Translations under genes and position numbers: made by a program
NCBI GenBank assembly: GCA_030390025.1
Contig: CM059432.1
Span: 79,362,001-79,426,000 of the forward strand
DNA from: Squalus acanthias
Taxonomy: Eukaryota
DNA: 64,000 bases
Reading direction: 5' to 3'
Notes under the pieces: model-generated
Database searches by the model: none
The model's input: only the letters and a program-made list of their open reading frames with translations
What the model was told of the DNA's origin: nothing
Shown: piece after piece, positions 12,771-24,710 of the stretch
How positions within the stretch are numbered: the first letter of the stretch is position 1
Layout: each line of letters starts with the position of its first letter

Positions 12771-13737
12771 TATTATCATTATTATTAATAATAACTGCAT
12801 TTTGTAATGGTAGATTTATTAAGGGTAATATGTGAAAGTGGTAAGCACAGAGCAAGTATTTCTCCATTTGTAAAGATACCCGAATAGACACTTATCCCAA
12901 TGCACAAATCGACTTTTGATTTCTATCTTCCCAACTAGAAATTTGAGTTCAAATCCCAGTTAGTCAGCTGAACCCTCCTGCCTCAGCTGGTTGAATTTTG
13001 TCAATTATTAGCAAATCCTCTAGGGGTGTATCGCCCAGAAACAAGGCCTGCCATCTCAGAGCGGACTGCCCACTTAAAGCATCCCTCCCAATGGTCAATC
13101 ATGTAGCATCATTGATGGCAGCTGAGGAGAAATGTAAGCTATTGGCTTTCTTGCCCTAGATACCTAAAGAGAATATGTGTTGGTAAGTATCCTGCAGGGA
13201 AGGGAACAAAGGAAACTCCATTGACAATTCAAGTCATTGAACATTAGACTAATTGACCCTCTATATTAAGTCTGTATCCAAAAGCTGTCAAATGAACAAG
13301 ATTGATGATATTCTGACTTACAATTTTGACAGCTGTTTAACATTCACCATTCCTTGAAATTTAGTAAAAGCAAGATAAAAATCAATATGGATAATGGCAG
13401 AGGACAGTTTCAGTGTAATAAAATATATAATGACAATATTGACCAGCTGCATGTGTTGATAATAGACAATGAACTGGGAGCTTAAGTACAGATTCATTTA
13501 GGACCACTGCATGTATTGGCAGCAGTAACTTTATTCTGACTTCTTGAACCAATAATTTGATGATACTTACACATCTGACATTTATTTCTCCAAATGTATG
13601 AGTCACTGCCCAGCACTAAATTTAAATTTTGATTTTAATATGAGACTGTCATGTACACTAATGCAGCACTGCTTGATAACTCACATTAAGCTGTCACATT
13701 AGAAATTCTATATCTCTCCACTGCTCCTCTTTGATTA

Positions 13738-13912
13738 AAAAGTAAAAAAACTGTAGATGCTGGAAATCTGAAACAAAAACAGAAAATGTCGGAAGCACTT
13801 CGCAGATCAGGCAGAATCTGTGGACAGATCAGACAAGTTAACAAAATCTTAACTTGTTTGTTTTCTCCACAGATGCTCTCTGGCCCGCTGTGCATCCAGC
13901 ATTTTCTGTTCT
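13738..13912. mobile_element. Inverted (palindromic) PLE P1 terminal fragment
   Basis: ACAGAAAATG...ATCTGTGGA...CAAGTTAA / TTAACTTG...TCCACAGATGCT...CATTTTCTGTT; both arms match the P1 tail at 2278-2347. Confidence 0.75.
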
Positions 13913-15830
13913 CTGTGGTAATATTCTTTTATGCTGCTTGATGGTCATTGTTAAGCTACCAGCAGACCGAGTACATAGTTTCCAGTAGGAAACCGTTTAA
14001 TTTATATTTGTATAATATTATTGTAATGTAGTTACATCCCATTCTATATTTTGTGCCAGATACATTCAGCTAGGTGACTGAAACCATAGATCAGAGTGTG
14101 CAAACCTCAAGCAGAAGGCTAAGGAAGATGATGTAAGAACAGCAGAATAATATATATGAATTGTTTGTTCAAGGGCGGTTTGTTGCTTTATTTTACTACA
14201 ATTCCATAAGTATAATATTTTTAAAGTTAATAGTCGTAAGAAATCTCGTATCTTAGGATTCCATTTTATTTCAACACCTCACTTTGTCTTTTGGTAAAAG
14301 AATACTTGCTACAGTAAAACTGCTGAAAAACACACCTATGCTTTCATTATTAACTGAATAATAGAAATACATAGAAGTTACAACACGGAAACAGGCCATT
14401 CAGCCCAACCAGTCCTTGTCGGTGTTTACCCTCCATGTGAGCAAATAGTCCGAATCATATACTTAGGTTGTTGCATAGATACAAGAATTCAAATCACATC
14501 ATAAAATAACCTAAACCCGAAGATAACGTTGCAGTCTCAACCAATTCAAAATAGTTATTATACATAATTACTATATACAAAATCTATATTTTGAGCAAAA
14601 ACCGTGTATCAAATTTAGTGTCAGCTGCATGGTGAATAGTCACTTTTTCGGTGAGTCTGTGAATTGATTCCAGACAAAGTTATTTTTGCTCAAAAAAAGT
14701 CTGAGAGGAGATATGATACAAGTCTTTAGCTAGAATAATAAGGTAGTGATAAGTAGGAGATATAGTCTGGAAATATAGCATACAAGCAGAGTTCAAAGAC
14801 ATAATGGCCCTGTTATAATGAATCTGTTATTAGAGACAGAATCTGTTATTAGGGACAGAGTGACTGAGCACTTGGACAAGTATGAGCGATTTAGAGATGG
14901 ATTTGTAAAGGGTAGGTCATGTCTAACAAACCTAGTTGAATTTTTTGAGGAGGTAACTGACGTGGTTGATAAGGGAGTGTCTATGTTTGTTATTCATATG
15001 GACTTCCAGAAGGTATTCAATAAGGTTCCATATAAGAAATTGTTAACAAAGATGAGGGCGCATAGAATTGGAGGGAACCTATTGACATGACTAGGGAATT
15101 GGTTAGGAGGTAAGAGACAGAGAGTCGGGGTAATGGGTATATACTCAAATTGGTAGGGTGTGACTAGTGGTGACCCCCAGGGATCTGTAATGGGGCCTCA
15201 GCTTTTCACTATACTTATAAATGGCTCAGATGAAGAAATAGAGAGCTGTAAGTTTGCTGACGATACCAAGTTAGGTGGCACAACAACTTGCATTTATATA
15301 GCACCTTTAACATAATAAAACATCCCAAGGCAGAGTAAATAGTGTAGATGGGAGCAGAAAGTTGCAAAGGGACATTGATAGATTAAGTGAGTGGGCAAAA
15401 CTGTGACAGGCGGAGTTCAATGTGGGGAAGTGTAACGTCATCCACTTTAGACCTAAGAGAGATAGATCCAAGTATTTTCTAAATGGTGAGAAGCTAGGAA
15501 CTGTGAAAGAGCAGAGATATTTAGGGGTCCAAATACAGAAATCACTTAAAGCTAGTGGACAGGTACATAAAAATATCAAAAAAATAATGGAATGTTAGTC
15601 TTTATCTCAAGAGGGCTGGAATACAAATGGGGTGGAAGTTACGCTACAGTTATGTAAAACTCTGGTTAGACCTCATTTAAAGTACTGCGTTCAGTTCTGG
15701 GCACCGCACCTCAGGAAAGATATATTGGCCTTGGAGCAGCACAGATTCACCAGAAATTATACCCGGGCTACAAGGGTTAAATTATGTGGACAGGTTGCAT
15801 AGACTAGGCTTGTGTTCCCAATCTAATTGT

Positions 15831-16994
15831 CATGATGCGGAGATGCCGGCGTTGGACTGGGGTGGACAAAAATGAGAAGTCGCACAACACCAGGTTATAG
15901 TCCAACAGATTTATTTAAAATTACAAGCTTTCGGAGCTATCGCTCCTTCTTCAGGTAAAGTTACAATGAGTGAATCTACAAAAGTTCACAGAATATAAAC
16001 ACAGAAACTGCAGAGATACAATCTTTCCTTACATCAAAGACACACCAAGAGCACAGCCAAGACAATGAGATGTGTCCCAGGGGGTCCAACGTGTCAAAAC
16101 CTGCTGTCTGCAGTGTTTTTTTGTGTTTGTTTTTTGTGTTTGTTTTTTTTGTGTTTGTTTTTTAAAAACTGGAAAGACAGACAACGATGTCAAGTCACGT
16201 TCTGTAGCGTGACATGAACCCGATATCCCTATTGAGGCCGTCCTCATGAGTGCGGAACTTGGCTATCAGTTTCTGCTCGATGATTTTGCGTTGTCGTGTG
16301 TCTCGAAGGCCGCCTTGGAGAACGCTAACCCGCAGATCCGAGGCTGAATGCCCTTGACTGCTGAAGTGTTCCCCGACTGGGAGGCAACAATCCTGCCTGG
16401 CGATTGTTGCGCGGTGTCCGTTCATACGTTGTCTCAGTGTCTGCATGGTCTCGCCGATGTACCATGCTCCGGGGCATCCTTTCCTGCAACGTATCAGGTA
16501 GACAACGTTGGCTGAGTCACATGAGTATGTACCATGTACCTGGTGAGTAGTGTCCTCACGTGTGATGACGGTATCTGTGTTCATGATCTGGCATGTCTTG
16601 CAGAGGTTGCCGTGGCAGGGTTGTGTGGTGTCGTGGTCGCTGTTCTCCTGACAGCTGGGTAATTTGCTGTGAACGATGGTACTTTTGAGGTTAGGCGGCT
16701 GCTTGAAGGCGAGTAGTGGAGGCGTGGGGATGGCCTTAGCAAGGTGTTCGTCGTCATCGATGACATGTTGAAGGCTGCGAAGAACATGGCGTAGTTTCTC
16801 TGCTCCGGGGAAGTACTGGACGACGTAGGGTACTCTGTTGGTTGTGTCCCGTGTTTGCCTTCTGAGGAGGTCTATGCGGTTTTTCGCTGTGGCCCGTCGG
16901 AACTGTCGATCGACGAGTCGAGTATCATATCCCGTTCTTACGAGGGCGTCTTTCAGTATCCGTAGGTGTCCATCGCGTTCCTCCTCATGTAACA
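15831..16994 (-). mobile_element. Penelope-like element (family P2), 5'-truncated
   Basis: ORF 16195-16995 with PCHGNLCKTC linker and NVVYLIRC...WYIGET...GLNRD GIY-YIG. 12-bp flanking duplication CAATCTAATTGT (15819-15830, 16995-17006). Confidence 0.92.
15921..15958 (-). ncRNA. Minimal hammerhead ribozyme (PLE P2)
   Basis: Minus strand TTAC-CTGAAGA-A-GGAGC(GATA)GCTCC-GAAA-GCTT-GTAA: core, stem II, stem I TTAC/GTAA, palindromic AAGCTT. Confidence 0.78.
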
Positions 16995-17365
16995 CAATCT
17001 AATTGTGTTCTCAAACTAATTGAGGTGTTTAAGATGATTAAAGGAGTTGATAGGGTAGATAGAGGGAAACTATTTCCTCTGGTGGGGGAGTCAAGAACAA
17101 GGGGGCATGACCTTAAAATTAGATCTAGGCTGTTCAGGGTGATGTCAGGAAACATTTCTTCACACAAAGCCTAATAGAAATCTGGAACTCTCTTACCCCA
17201 AAAAGTTGTTGAGGCTAAACCAATTGAAAATTTCAAAACTGAGATTGATAGATTTTTGTTAAGGCAAGGGCATATGGGTTACGGAACCAAGGCAAGTAGA
17301 TAGAGTTAAGATACAGATCAGAATGATGCAACAGGCTTGATGGCCTACTCCTGTTCCTATGTTCC

Positions 17366-18330
17366 TTGAAAATGTGCCGGCCTTCTGGCGAACTCCAATG
17401 GCAGTTCAGCGGATGCCCCAGGAACTAGGCTGTAGCCCAGAAACACTGGGTCCCAGTCATCGCTGGAAGTTTCTGGGACTTGTCTGGGGCACAACCATTG
17501 TCCACCCAAAATATGGTCCCTTGCATCAAAGGGGGTAGGGTCGTGACTCCCTACCCTGGGAGTTCGCACTTCCCTGGCCTCAGTGAGACCTGCTGTATGT
17601 TTGGAGGTCAGTATGCTCGACAAGATGAGGCATACCAGTCTCCTGAAGGGCACAAATGGGCCCAATCGGCTGATGGGGCCATTCAGGTTGCTTCCCTGGC
17701 CTCTACCTGAAGATGAGTAAAATTTATATTCTAAGAATGTTATTTATCGGTTCCCTTACATGAACAGGCCAGCAAATCGTTGCGGTGGGGGGTTTGGGAG
17801 GAACTGGAATTTGTCCTGGAGGACATTAAGGATTTAATGCTTCTATTAGCAAAGAGCTGATACCCCCTGCACAGTGGGCTGTGCACAGGTGCTAGTGCCA
17901 CATGGGCAATACTGCTGACAGTCTCCTGGGGATGTAGAAGAGCCAATGGCAGTCCACATCTCTCCAGATCAATTTGCAATCAGCTTCTGTAATCCCATGA
18001 ATATTTGAAGTGGTGCTTATTTCTATTGCAAATGCTTTATTGCAAAGGCAAAGAGGAGACAGGGCAGTGGACATTCCTGGTGGGTGCCTCAAATGAATCG
18101 AAGGTTGGAGATATAATGGTAGAATCAATGCACAAGGGGTTAAAATACTCTTCTTTGAACATATTTCTTAACAGCTTGCTAATAGACAGGACTTTGGATG
18201 AAAGTCTTTCATAGATTTTCACCTTGCAATGGTGCTTTTGGCTGGTGTAATTCTTGGGCAACCCACAGAATTCAGACCTTCCATTAGAACTAAAGGTGTG
18301 AGCACTATGCACCATGATTTATGAGTTACT
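17366..18330 (-). mobile_element. Possible DIRS (tyrosine-recombinase retrotransposon) relic, gag/RT junction
   Basis: Minus-strand LEFARRPAHFQG recalls fish DIRS RT N-terminal IQFARRPPxFRG; MGPISRLGPF recalls the gag-end DAPISxxGLFG. Highly degenerate. Confidence 0.4.
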
Positions 18331-20235
18331 TAGACCTTTGAAGTTAGCACTCACCATAATATGCGGCATGCTGTGCCCAGTCCAGGGGTTGGGGTACCAG
18401 TGTCCCTGCCCCCAAGAAAGAAGTTTAAACTGTCCCCAGCAACCACCTTGGAAATGCTGACAAAAAAATTGGGGTTGCTCTTCAGAGGCCTTGGCCATGA
18501 TCTTAGACTGTAACCCCTGGGATGCCCACAATGTGTTCTTCAGTGGGCTGGTATGGCTCTTTTCACTGGACAAAGCAGTTGCCGAACCTGACCCCGCCAG
18601 CTGAGAGACCGGGAACTTGAGAACTCCTGACGTTTTAAGTCTCCACCCCCTTGCCCCCTTGGATGCCACTGACCCTGTAAAGGGCATGGACACTCTGTAG
18701 TATCCAAGTTCTAGCCTATTTTCTGGCCCTTCTGTGTCTGTGTGCTACTGTCCTTTCATACCCAACCAAGTATGAAAGATTGACATTTGCTGCAGTATAA
18801 AGAATTTCACTCTCATGGCAATAACTGTGGATGATCCAGGTCCCTGAAAAAAAAATCTAAATTGCAGACTTTGTATCTTTTCCTGCTGAAAAATCAGGTC
18901 CATACATATTACATCAGTGTCCTCAGCATGACATGTACAGCACACAAGAGGTCATGGATGTGAACAACATATCTCCAGAACTGATTTTGATAAGATAGCA
19001 ATTGGAAATTTTTGGAGGTTCCTCCCTCAAAGTTGTGAGGAAACTGTTTTTTTACTAATTTACTTTTATTCCATCAGGCTGGGCTGGATTTGTACCCAAG
19101 TGCTGGAGGTGAAAACAGTCTGCTAACCACTGAACCATCAAGTGCTCTTTATAAACAAGGCACACAACAGCATGTCGCCACAGTGAAAGGTTTTAAAAGA
19201 GCACTCTATGAAAGGCCAGACACATTCGAGAACTTGATTCAGCACGTAGCAATATTCTTAATGGTAAGAGGTAAATGGCGATGTCAAGCTGTGTTGCCTT
19301 AATAAAATGTTTAATGATGCTTCGTGTACAGCATTCCAATTTCTAACTAACTTTGACTTTCTGTATATTTTTGTTTATCTACATTTTACAATAATCAGCC
19401 TCTGTGATAAATAGATTGGTTTCCTAATTATGCAACTACTTCAGGTGTTTCAGTGGGAATCTAAGCTTTCAAGCTTTAATTTAAAATATATCTAAGTGTA
19501 TACAATACAGACAAACGGTTTTTGCTTTTTCTAATGACTAGATTTTACTTTCTTTCATCAAGCTGCAACGTAGAACCAGGTGGTTACTAATTTTTTTTAC
19601 CTTGAAATTAGTATTGCAGTCTAAAAGTACCGTTACTAATAACATGTATGTGCTCCTTAAGTAGCATGTCAGTGCTTTTATGATAGTCCAAATTATTAGA
19701 CATCTGCTCACAAGGGATCTTCATCAAGATGATCCATGTCAGGTTCTTGTGACGCTGAAGACCACAGGAGATCTCTTATCTGTTGATCCTTAACCAAACT
19801 GAAATTTTCTTTACTTTTCTTTTTAAAGAGGTCATTGTCCTACTGACGTACATGATTTGAAGTAGTTTATCATTGCAGAAACTACTGCACTCTGGAGAGC
19901 AATTTTGCTTAGATCTACCTCTGAAAACTCTTCCAGTGCTATATCTCAGCTCATGTACATGTTACAAATTAGGGCCTGCTGAAGGTACCTTCTCCGGTTC
20001 AGTGGCATTAGTCAATCCAATAAGTGACCTGAGTATCTTACTTTTATAAAATAATGAACATGCTATGCTACCCTACTTCAGTTAGTTATCTTACTTGACA
20101 AAGAATGGGGGTGAATTTCCACGTGGATTCTCCCACTCTTTCACTGTAGTTTTGGTGGAAGAGCTGTGGAGACCCCAGAAAAATTAACCCTCTCCCTGTA
20201 ATCTCCTGTCTTTCTCAGCTTTTTACAAGGCATCA

Positions 20236-20540
20236 GGCTTGGCTCAGTGATAGCATTTTTGCCTCCAAGTCAGAATGGGTTCAAGCCCCACTCCAGAGAC
20301 TTGGGCACATATACTAGGCTAACACTTAAGTGCAGTACTGAGGGTGTGCTGCACTCTGTCAGTGGTGCCATTGATTTGCTCAGACCTTAAACTGAGATCC
20401 CACCTACCCTTTCAGGTACATGTTAAAGATCCGATGGTACTTTTCAAAGTAGAGCTGGGGAGTTCTCCCAGTGTCCTCAACCAATACCACCAAAAACATA
20501 CTTTGTCATTTATCTAATTGCTGTTTGTGGGATCTTGTAA
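20236..20540 (+). mobile_element. tRNA-derived DeuSINE (SacSINE1/AmnSINE1-like), 3'-truncated
   Basis: A box TGGCTCAGTG, B box GGTTCAAGCC, Deu core GTGCAGTACTGAGGGTGTGCTGCACT. Confidence 0.75.
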
Positions 20541-20914
20541 CACAGAAATTTTCAAAAGGCCTTTGATAAGATACCACACGGTAGGCTCATGACAAAGGTT
20601 AGGGCATGTGGAGTCAGGGAACAAATAGCTGAATGGATAGCAAATTAGCTAAAAAAAATAGAAAGCAGAGAGTAGGGGTAAAGGGTAGTTATTCAGGTTG
20701 GAGGAAAGTAGAAAGCGGTGTTCCACAAGGATCAGTGCTGGGACCACTGTTACTCATAATTTACATTAATGATTTGCACTTAGAAGCAAGTAACTCAATA
20801 CTTAAATTTGCAGATGATACCAAACTGCTAACACTGAAGAAGAATGCAACCTAATACAAGAAGACATTAGAAAACTTGCAGACTGGGCAGTTAAGTGGCA
20901 AATGAATTTTGACT

Positions 20915-21362
20915 TGGTAGTACTCTTACCTCTGAATCAGAAGGTTGTGCCTTCAAGTCCCACTCCAGAGATTTGAGCACAAAAATCTAGGCTGAAACTC
21001 CAGTGCAGTACTGAGGGAGTGCTGCACTGTCAGAGGTGCCGTCATTTGGATGAGAGGTTAAACAGAGAGAGAGTCTGCTCTCTCAGGTGGATGTAAACGA
21101 TCCCATGGCACTATATCGAAGAAAAGCATGGGAGTTATCCTTGGTGTCCTGGCCAATATTTATTCCTCAATCATAATCACTAAAACAGATTACCTAGTTA
21201 TTATCACATGCTGTTTGTGGGAGCTTGCTGTGTGAAAATTGGCTGCCGCATTTCCTACATTACAACAGTGACTACACTTCCAAAGCACTTCATTGGCTGT
21301 AAAGTGCTTTGGGACGTCCTGAGGACATGAAAGGCGCTATATAAATGCAAATCTTTCTTTTT
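20915..21362 (+). mobile_element. tRNA-derived DeuSINE (SacSINE1-like), near full length
   Basis: B box TTCAAGTCCC, Deu core GTGCAGTACTGAGGGAGTGCTGCACTGTC...GATGAGAGGTTAAAC, 3' tail AAAGGCGCTATATAAATGCAAATCTTTCTTT. Confidence 0.85.
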
Positions 21363-21572
21363 AAATGTGAGGTGATGCACTTTGGTAGGAAAATTAGAAA
21401 CATCACCTACACCTCAGAAAATAAGACACTGACTTGGGTAGAAGAGCAATGGGATCTAGGGATACAGGTAAACAAATCATTAAAAGCAGCATCGCAGGTC
21501 AGCAAAGCAATTAAAAATGCTCACAAAGCACTGGGATTTATTTCTAGGGGTATAGAATTCAAAAGTAGTGAA

Positions 21573-21870
21573 ATAAAAACAGAAAATGCTGGAAATACTC
21601 AGCAGGTCAGGCAGCATCTGTGGAAGAGAAACAGAGTTACCGTTTCAGGTCGATGACCCTTCATCGACCTGAAACATTGGGCCAGAAATTCGGGTCTCCA
21701 CGGGTGAGTACACGCTGTGTACTCACCCGTAGACCCAACGAAAGTGCCAGTTTCACGCATGCACTGCGCATGCGCTGGAAACCGGAACTTCCGTTCCCTT
21801 GAAGGAAGGGGTTCAGAGGTCAAACGCTTGCACCGGAGAGGCAGCGCGCACGCAGCGAACTTCCGTTTTT

Positions 21871-21912
<42 letters not shown>

Positions 21913-22581
21913 TTTGAAGTGAGGCTAAATCCCTGGCAGCTGCGCAGGGAAAAAGCAGGTGCAAGGCCTGCTTTTAACAAGGTAAGTGTGAATTAAGTGA
22001 AATTTAAACATTTTTTCCACAGGTTTATCTTTTTTAAATACTTTAAAGAAAGGTAAGTTTATTTTTAGCCCCGTTAAAAACTGTAATTAATTTTTTCAAA
22101 AATGTAAATTTTTCTTTAAAATAGTTAATTTATGTAATTTATAGTTATTTTTAAAATGTGATGGTTTTTTAAAAAATGTATTTGAAGTTTTAGTTAGGTT
22201 TTGGGGGGTGATCTCTATTCATAGATTTGACAGGTCTTCCTGTCAAATCTATGAATGGAGATTCCCTGCTCCGATTGGCTCTCCATGGCCCACGTGATCC
22301 CAGGGGACGCTTCGAAATAACTGCGCCCCTGGGATACGCAAGCACTGCACACTGGCAGCTGCAGGAGGCCCAGGACCGGAATCCCACACGGGCCCAGAGC
22401 ACAACGGCAGGCGCGCTAGGTAAGTGAAGGTCGGGGGCTTGCACCCGTGGGAAGCCTCCAACCTGAATTTCTGGCCCAATAACTCTGTTCTCTCTCCACA
22501 GATGCTGCCTGACCTGCTGAGTGTTTCCAGCATTTTCTGTTTTTATTTCAGATTTCAAGCATCCGCAGTATTTTGCTTTTG
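21573..22581. mobile_element. Inverted PLE P1 terminal fragment with 14-bp TSD, containing MITE M1
   Basis: Arms 21573-21660 and 21661-21678 plus 22478-22581 are inverted copies of the P1 tail. TSD TCAAAAGTAGTGAA at 21559-21572 and 22582-22595. Confidence 0.85.
21679..22477. mobile_element. MITE family M1, full length
   Basis: Perfect 13-bp TIRs GGGCCAGAAATTC / GAATTTCTGGCCC; imperfect 3-bp TSD ATT/AAT; (TTTA)n at about 21870-21905; 18-bp hairpin at 22217-22256. Confidence 0.9.
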
Positions 22582-23162
22582 TCAAAAGTAGTGAAGTTAT
22601 GTTAACCTTGTATAGGACCTTGGTCAGGCCGTACTTAGAGTCTGGTCTCCATACTATAAAAAGGAAATAGAAGCACTGGAGAAGGGCAAATTTTTTTTAA
22701 AACAAGGATGGTACCAGAACTAAGAGATTACAGCTATTGGGAAAGATTGGGGCTTTTTTCTTTAGAAAAGAGAAGACTTAGAGGAGACCTGATAGAGGGT
22801 TTTCAAATTATGAATGGGTTGGACAGGGTAGCTATGGAGAGAATGTTTCCACTTGTGGGAGAATCCAAAACTAGGGGCCATAAGTACAAGATAGTCACTA
22901 ATAAATCCAATAGGAAAATAAGGAGAAATTTCTTTACTCAGAGTCGAATGTGGAACTCGCTACCACAGGAAGTGGTTGAAGCAAATAGCTTAGGTGCTTT
23001 CAAAAGGAAACTAGATGAGTACATGAGAGAAAAGGGAATAGAAAGATATGCTGAAAGGCTGAGATGAGATGGAATGGGAGGAGACTTGTGTGGAGTATAA
23101 ACACCAGCACAAACAGGAAACAAACTAGTTTCTGTGCTGTATATTCTATGTAATTCTATGTA

Positions 23163-23288
23163 AATTGGCAGCCACATTTCCCTGCATTATAACAATGACT
23201 ACACTTCAAAAGCACTTCATTGGCTGTGAACTGCTTTGGGACAGTCTGGGACTGGAAAGGCACTATATAAATGCAAGTCTTTCTTTCT
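23163..23288 (+). mobile_element. DeuSINE 3' fragment
   Basis: Matches 21237-21360 (AATTGGCAGCC...TATATAAATGCAAGTCTTTCTTTC). Confidence 0.75.
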
Positions 23289-24204
23289 TACTGCCTGACT
23301 GTGCAGCATGTTTCCAAATGCCCAACTGCTTTTTAGATATCTGACATTCTGCTTAATTTCCTGAATGTTCCCAATCAGAAAGAGATCAAAATCTTCCAAC
23401 ACAATGGATGTGAGGTGTTAATCAATTACAGGGATCAAGTGCCGAGTTGCTTATTATTTACAATCTATGAGAAAACAACATCAAGGCGAGCTCATCAGCA
23501 ACTTAACAATCCCTCATTTCCAACACCATTTAAAAAAACTAGCAGTAACACTTTTAATGTGTTTTAAAAGCACAGTGCAATGCATTTTTCCAATACTTTG
23601 TGGGAAAATTATTTTAAAAATTCTAAAGAGGGATAACATACATTTCAGTCTGAGAGCACTCTCAATTCCTGCATACTGAAAATCAGTTCTAAGATCCAAT
23701 TAACATTTTCAGTGCAGTACCTAGCAGCACAGTTCAAACATAGACTTAAGGCACTGCGGCAAACAGTACATTAGTCCCCATGCTAATGCACTCTGAGAAT
23801 TCACAATTCTGCCCCAAGTGGAATGAATGTCACTATTATCCTAATGGACTGCTGAATGCAGCATCACATTATAAATTGTTAACAGTCTTTTAGTGGTTCT
23901 GCTGATAGAGCTGCTGCTTGCTACTGTTTGCTAAAGTGAAACTACAATAGGGTATTTTGAAGATTTTTCCCTTTTTAAAGCAAAGTTATTTTTCTTTCCC
24001 TGTTTAGGCCCCACTGCATTGATCTCCATCTTTCAACCAACAGGAAAAGCAAGTAATTGGTATTCAGGCTTCTGCCAAGGTTGTTTTGCAAATAGCTGCT
24101 GAGCTCACCCTCTGCTTTCTCTTCCCTTCCCATTCAGAAGCACCTCACCTCAACTTGATGTCACCCTTGATAGGCAAGCCAAGTTTGTAATCTCACCATA
24201 AGGT

Positions 24205-24710
24205 GACTGTGGGTGTAAAACTGATTCCGCTGATTCGGGAAGGCTCTTCAAATTGTGCTAATTTTCTCGGGCACACAGGAAGCATGTTTTAAAAGTTTTT
24301 ACATTTCAAAAAATATTTAATTTACTAAGAAATTGACTAGTGTACACCAATGAAACTATTAAATGCTTCAGTATAGATTTTTTTAAAGTAATTTTCCGTA
24401 ATGTTAAATCAGGTTACTCATAGGTGGAGGATTGGACACTTATTAAAAATACTTATTTTTGCTGATAAACCTATTTTCAGCTGTATTAATAAAACTGCAC
24501 CAGGTTACCGCTCTTAAATACATCAAGGAATACATTTTAGATGGAAAGAAAAAAAGTTACATTCTATTACGCTGCCCAATTGCGCTGGTTCATGTAAGAT
24601 TTTACGTTTGTGATTATGAAAGTACATTTTAGCAGAAACCTGAGCTGTAACCTAACCAGCGCAATTTGGGAGCAATTTCCCGTTTGCGCTCAAAGCGGAA
24701 ACTCCACCCC
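24205..24710. mobile_element. AT-rich MITE-like remnant
   Basis: Ends in TIR-like GGAAACTCCACCCC with an AT-rich core; left end not resolved. Confidence 0.35.

Larger units (their letters stand above)
14820..17365 (+). mobile_element. Degenerate CR1 LINE (RT to 3' UTR) interrupted by a PLE
   Basis: [35 protein letters not shown]; resumes after about 17017 (LIEVFKMIKG). Confidence 0.85.
20550..23162 (+). mobile_element. CR1 LINE (RT to 3' UTR) interrupted by a SINE and a PLE hairpin containing a MITE
   Basis: KAFDK, GVPQGSVLGP, KFADDTK; resumes at 21363 (KCEVMHFG) and 22582; ends ATTCTATGTAATTCTATGT. Confidence 0.88.

Noticed and set aside
14060..14140. Possible plus-strand coding exon (AG...GTAAG)
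   Set aside because: No recognisable protein match and no partner exons; such splice-like motifs are expected by chance.
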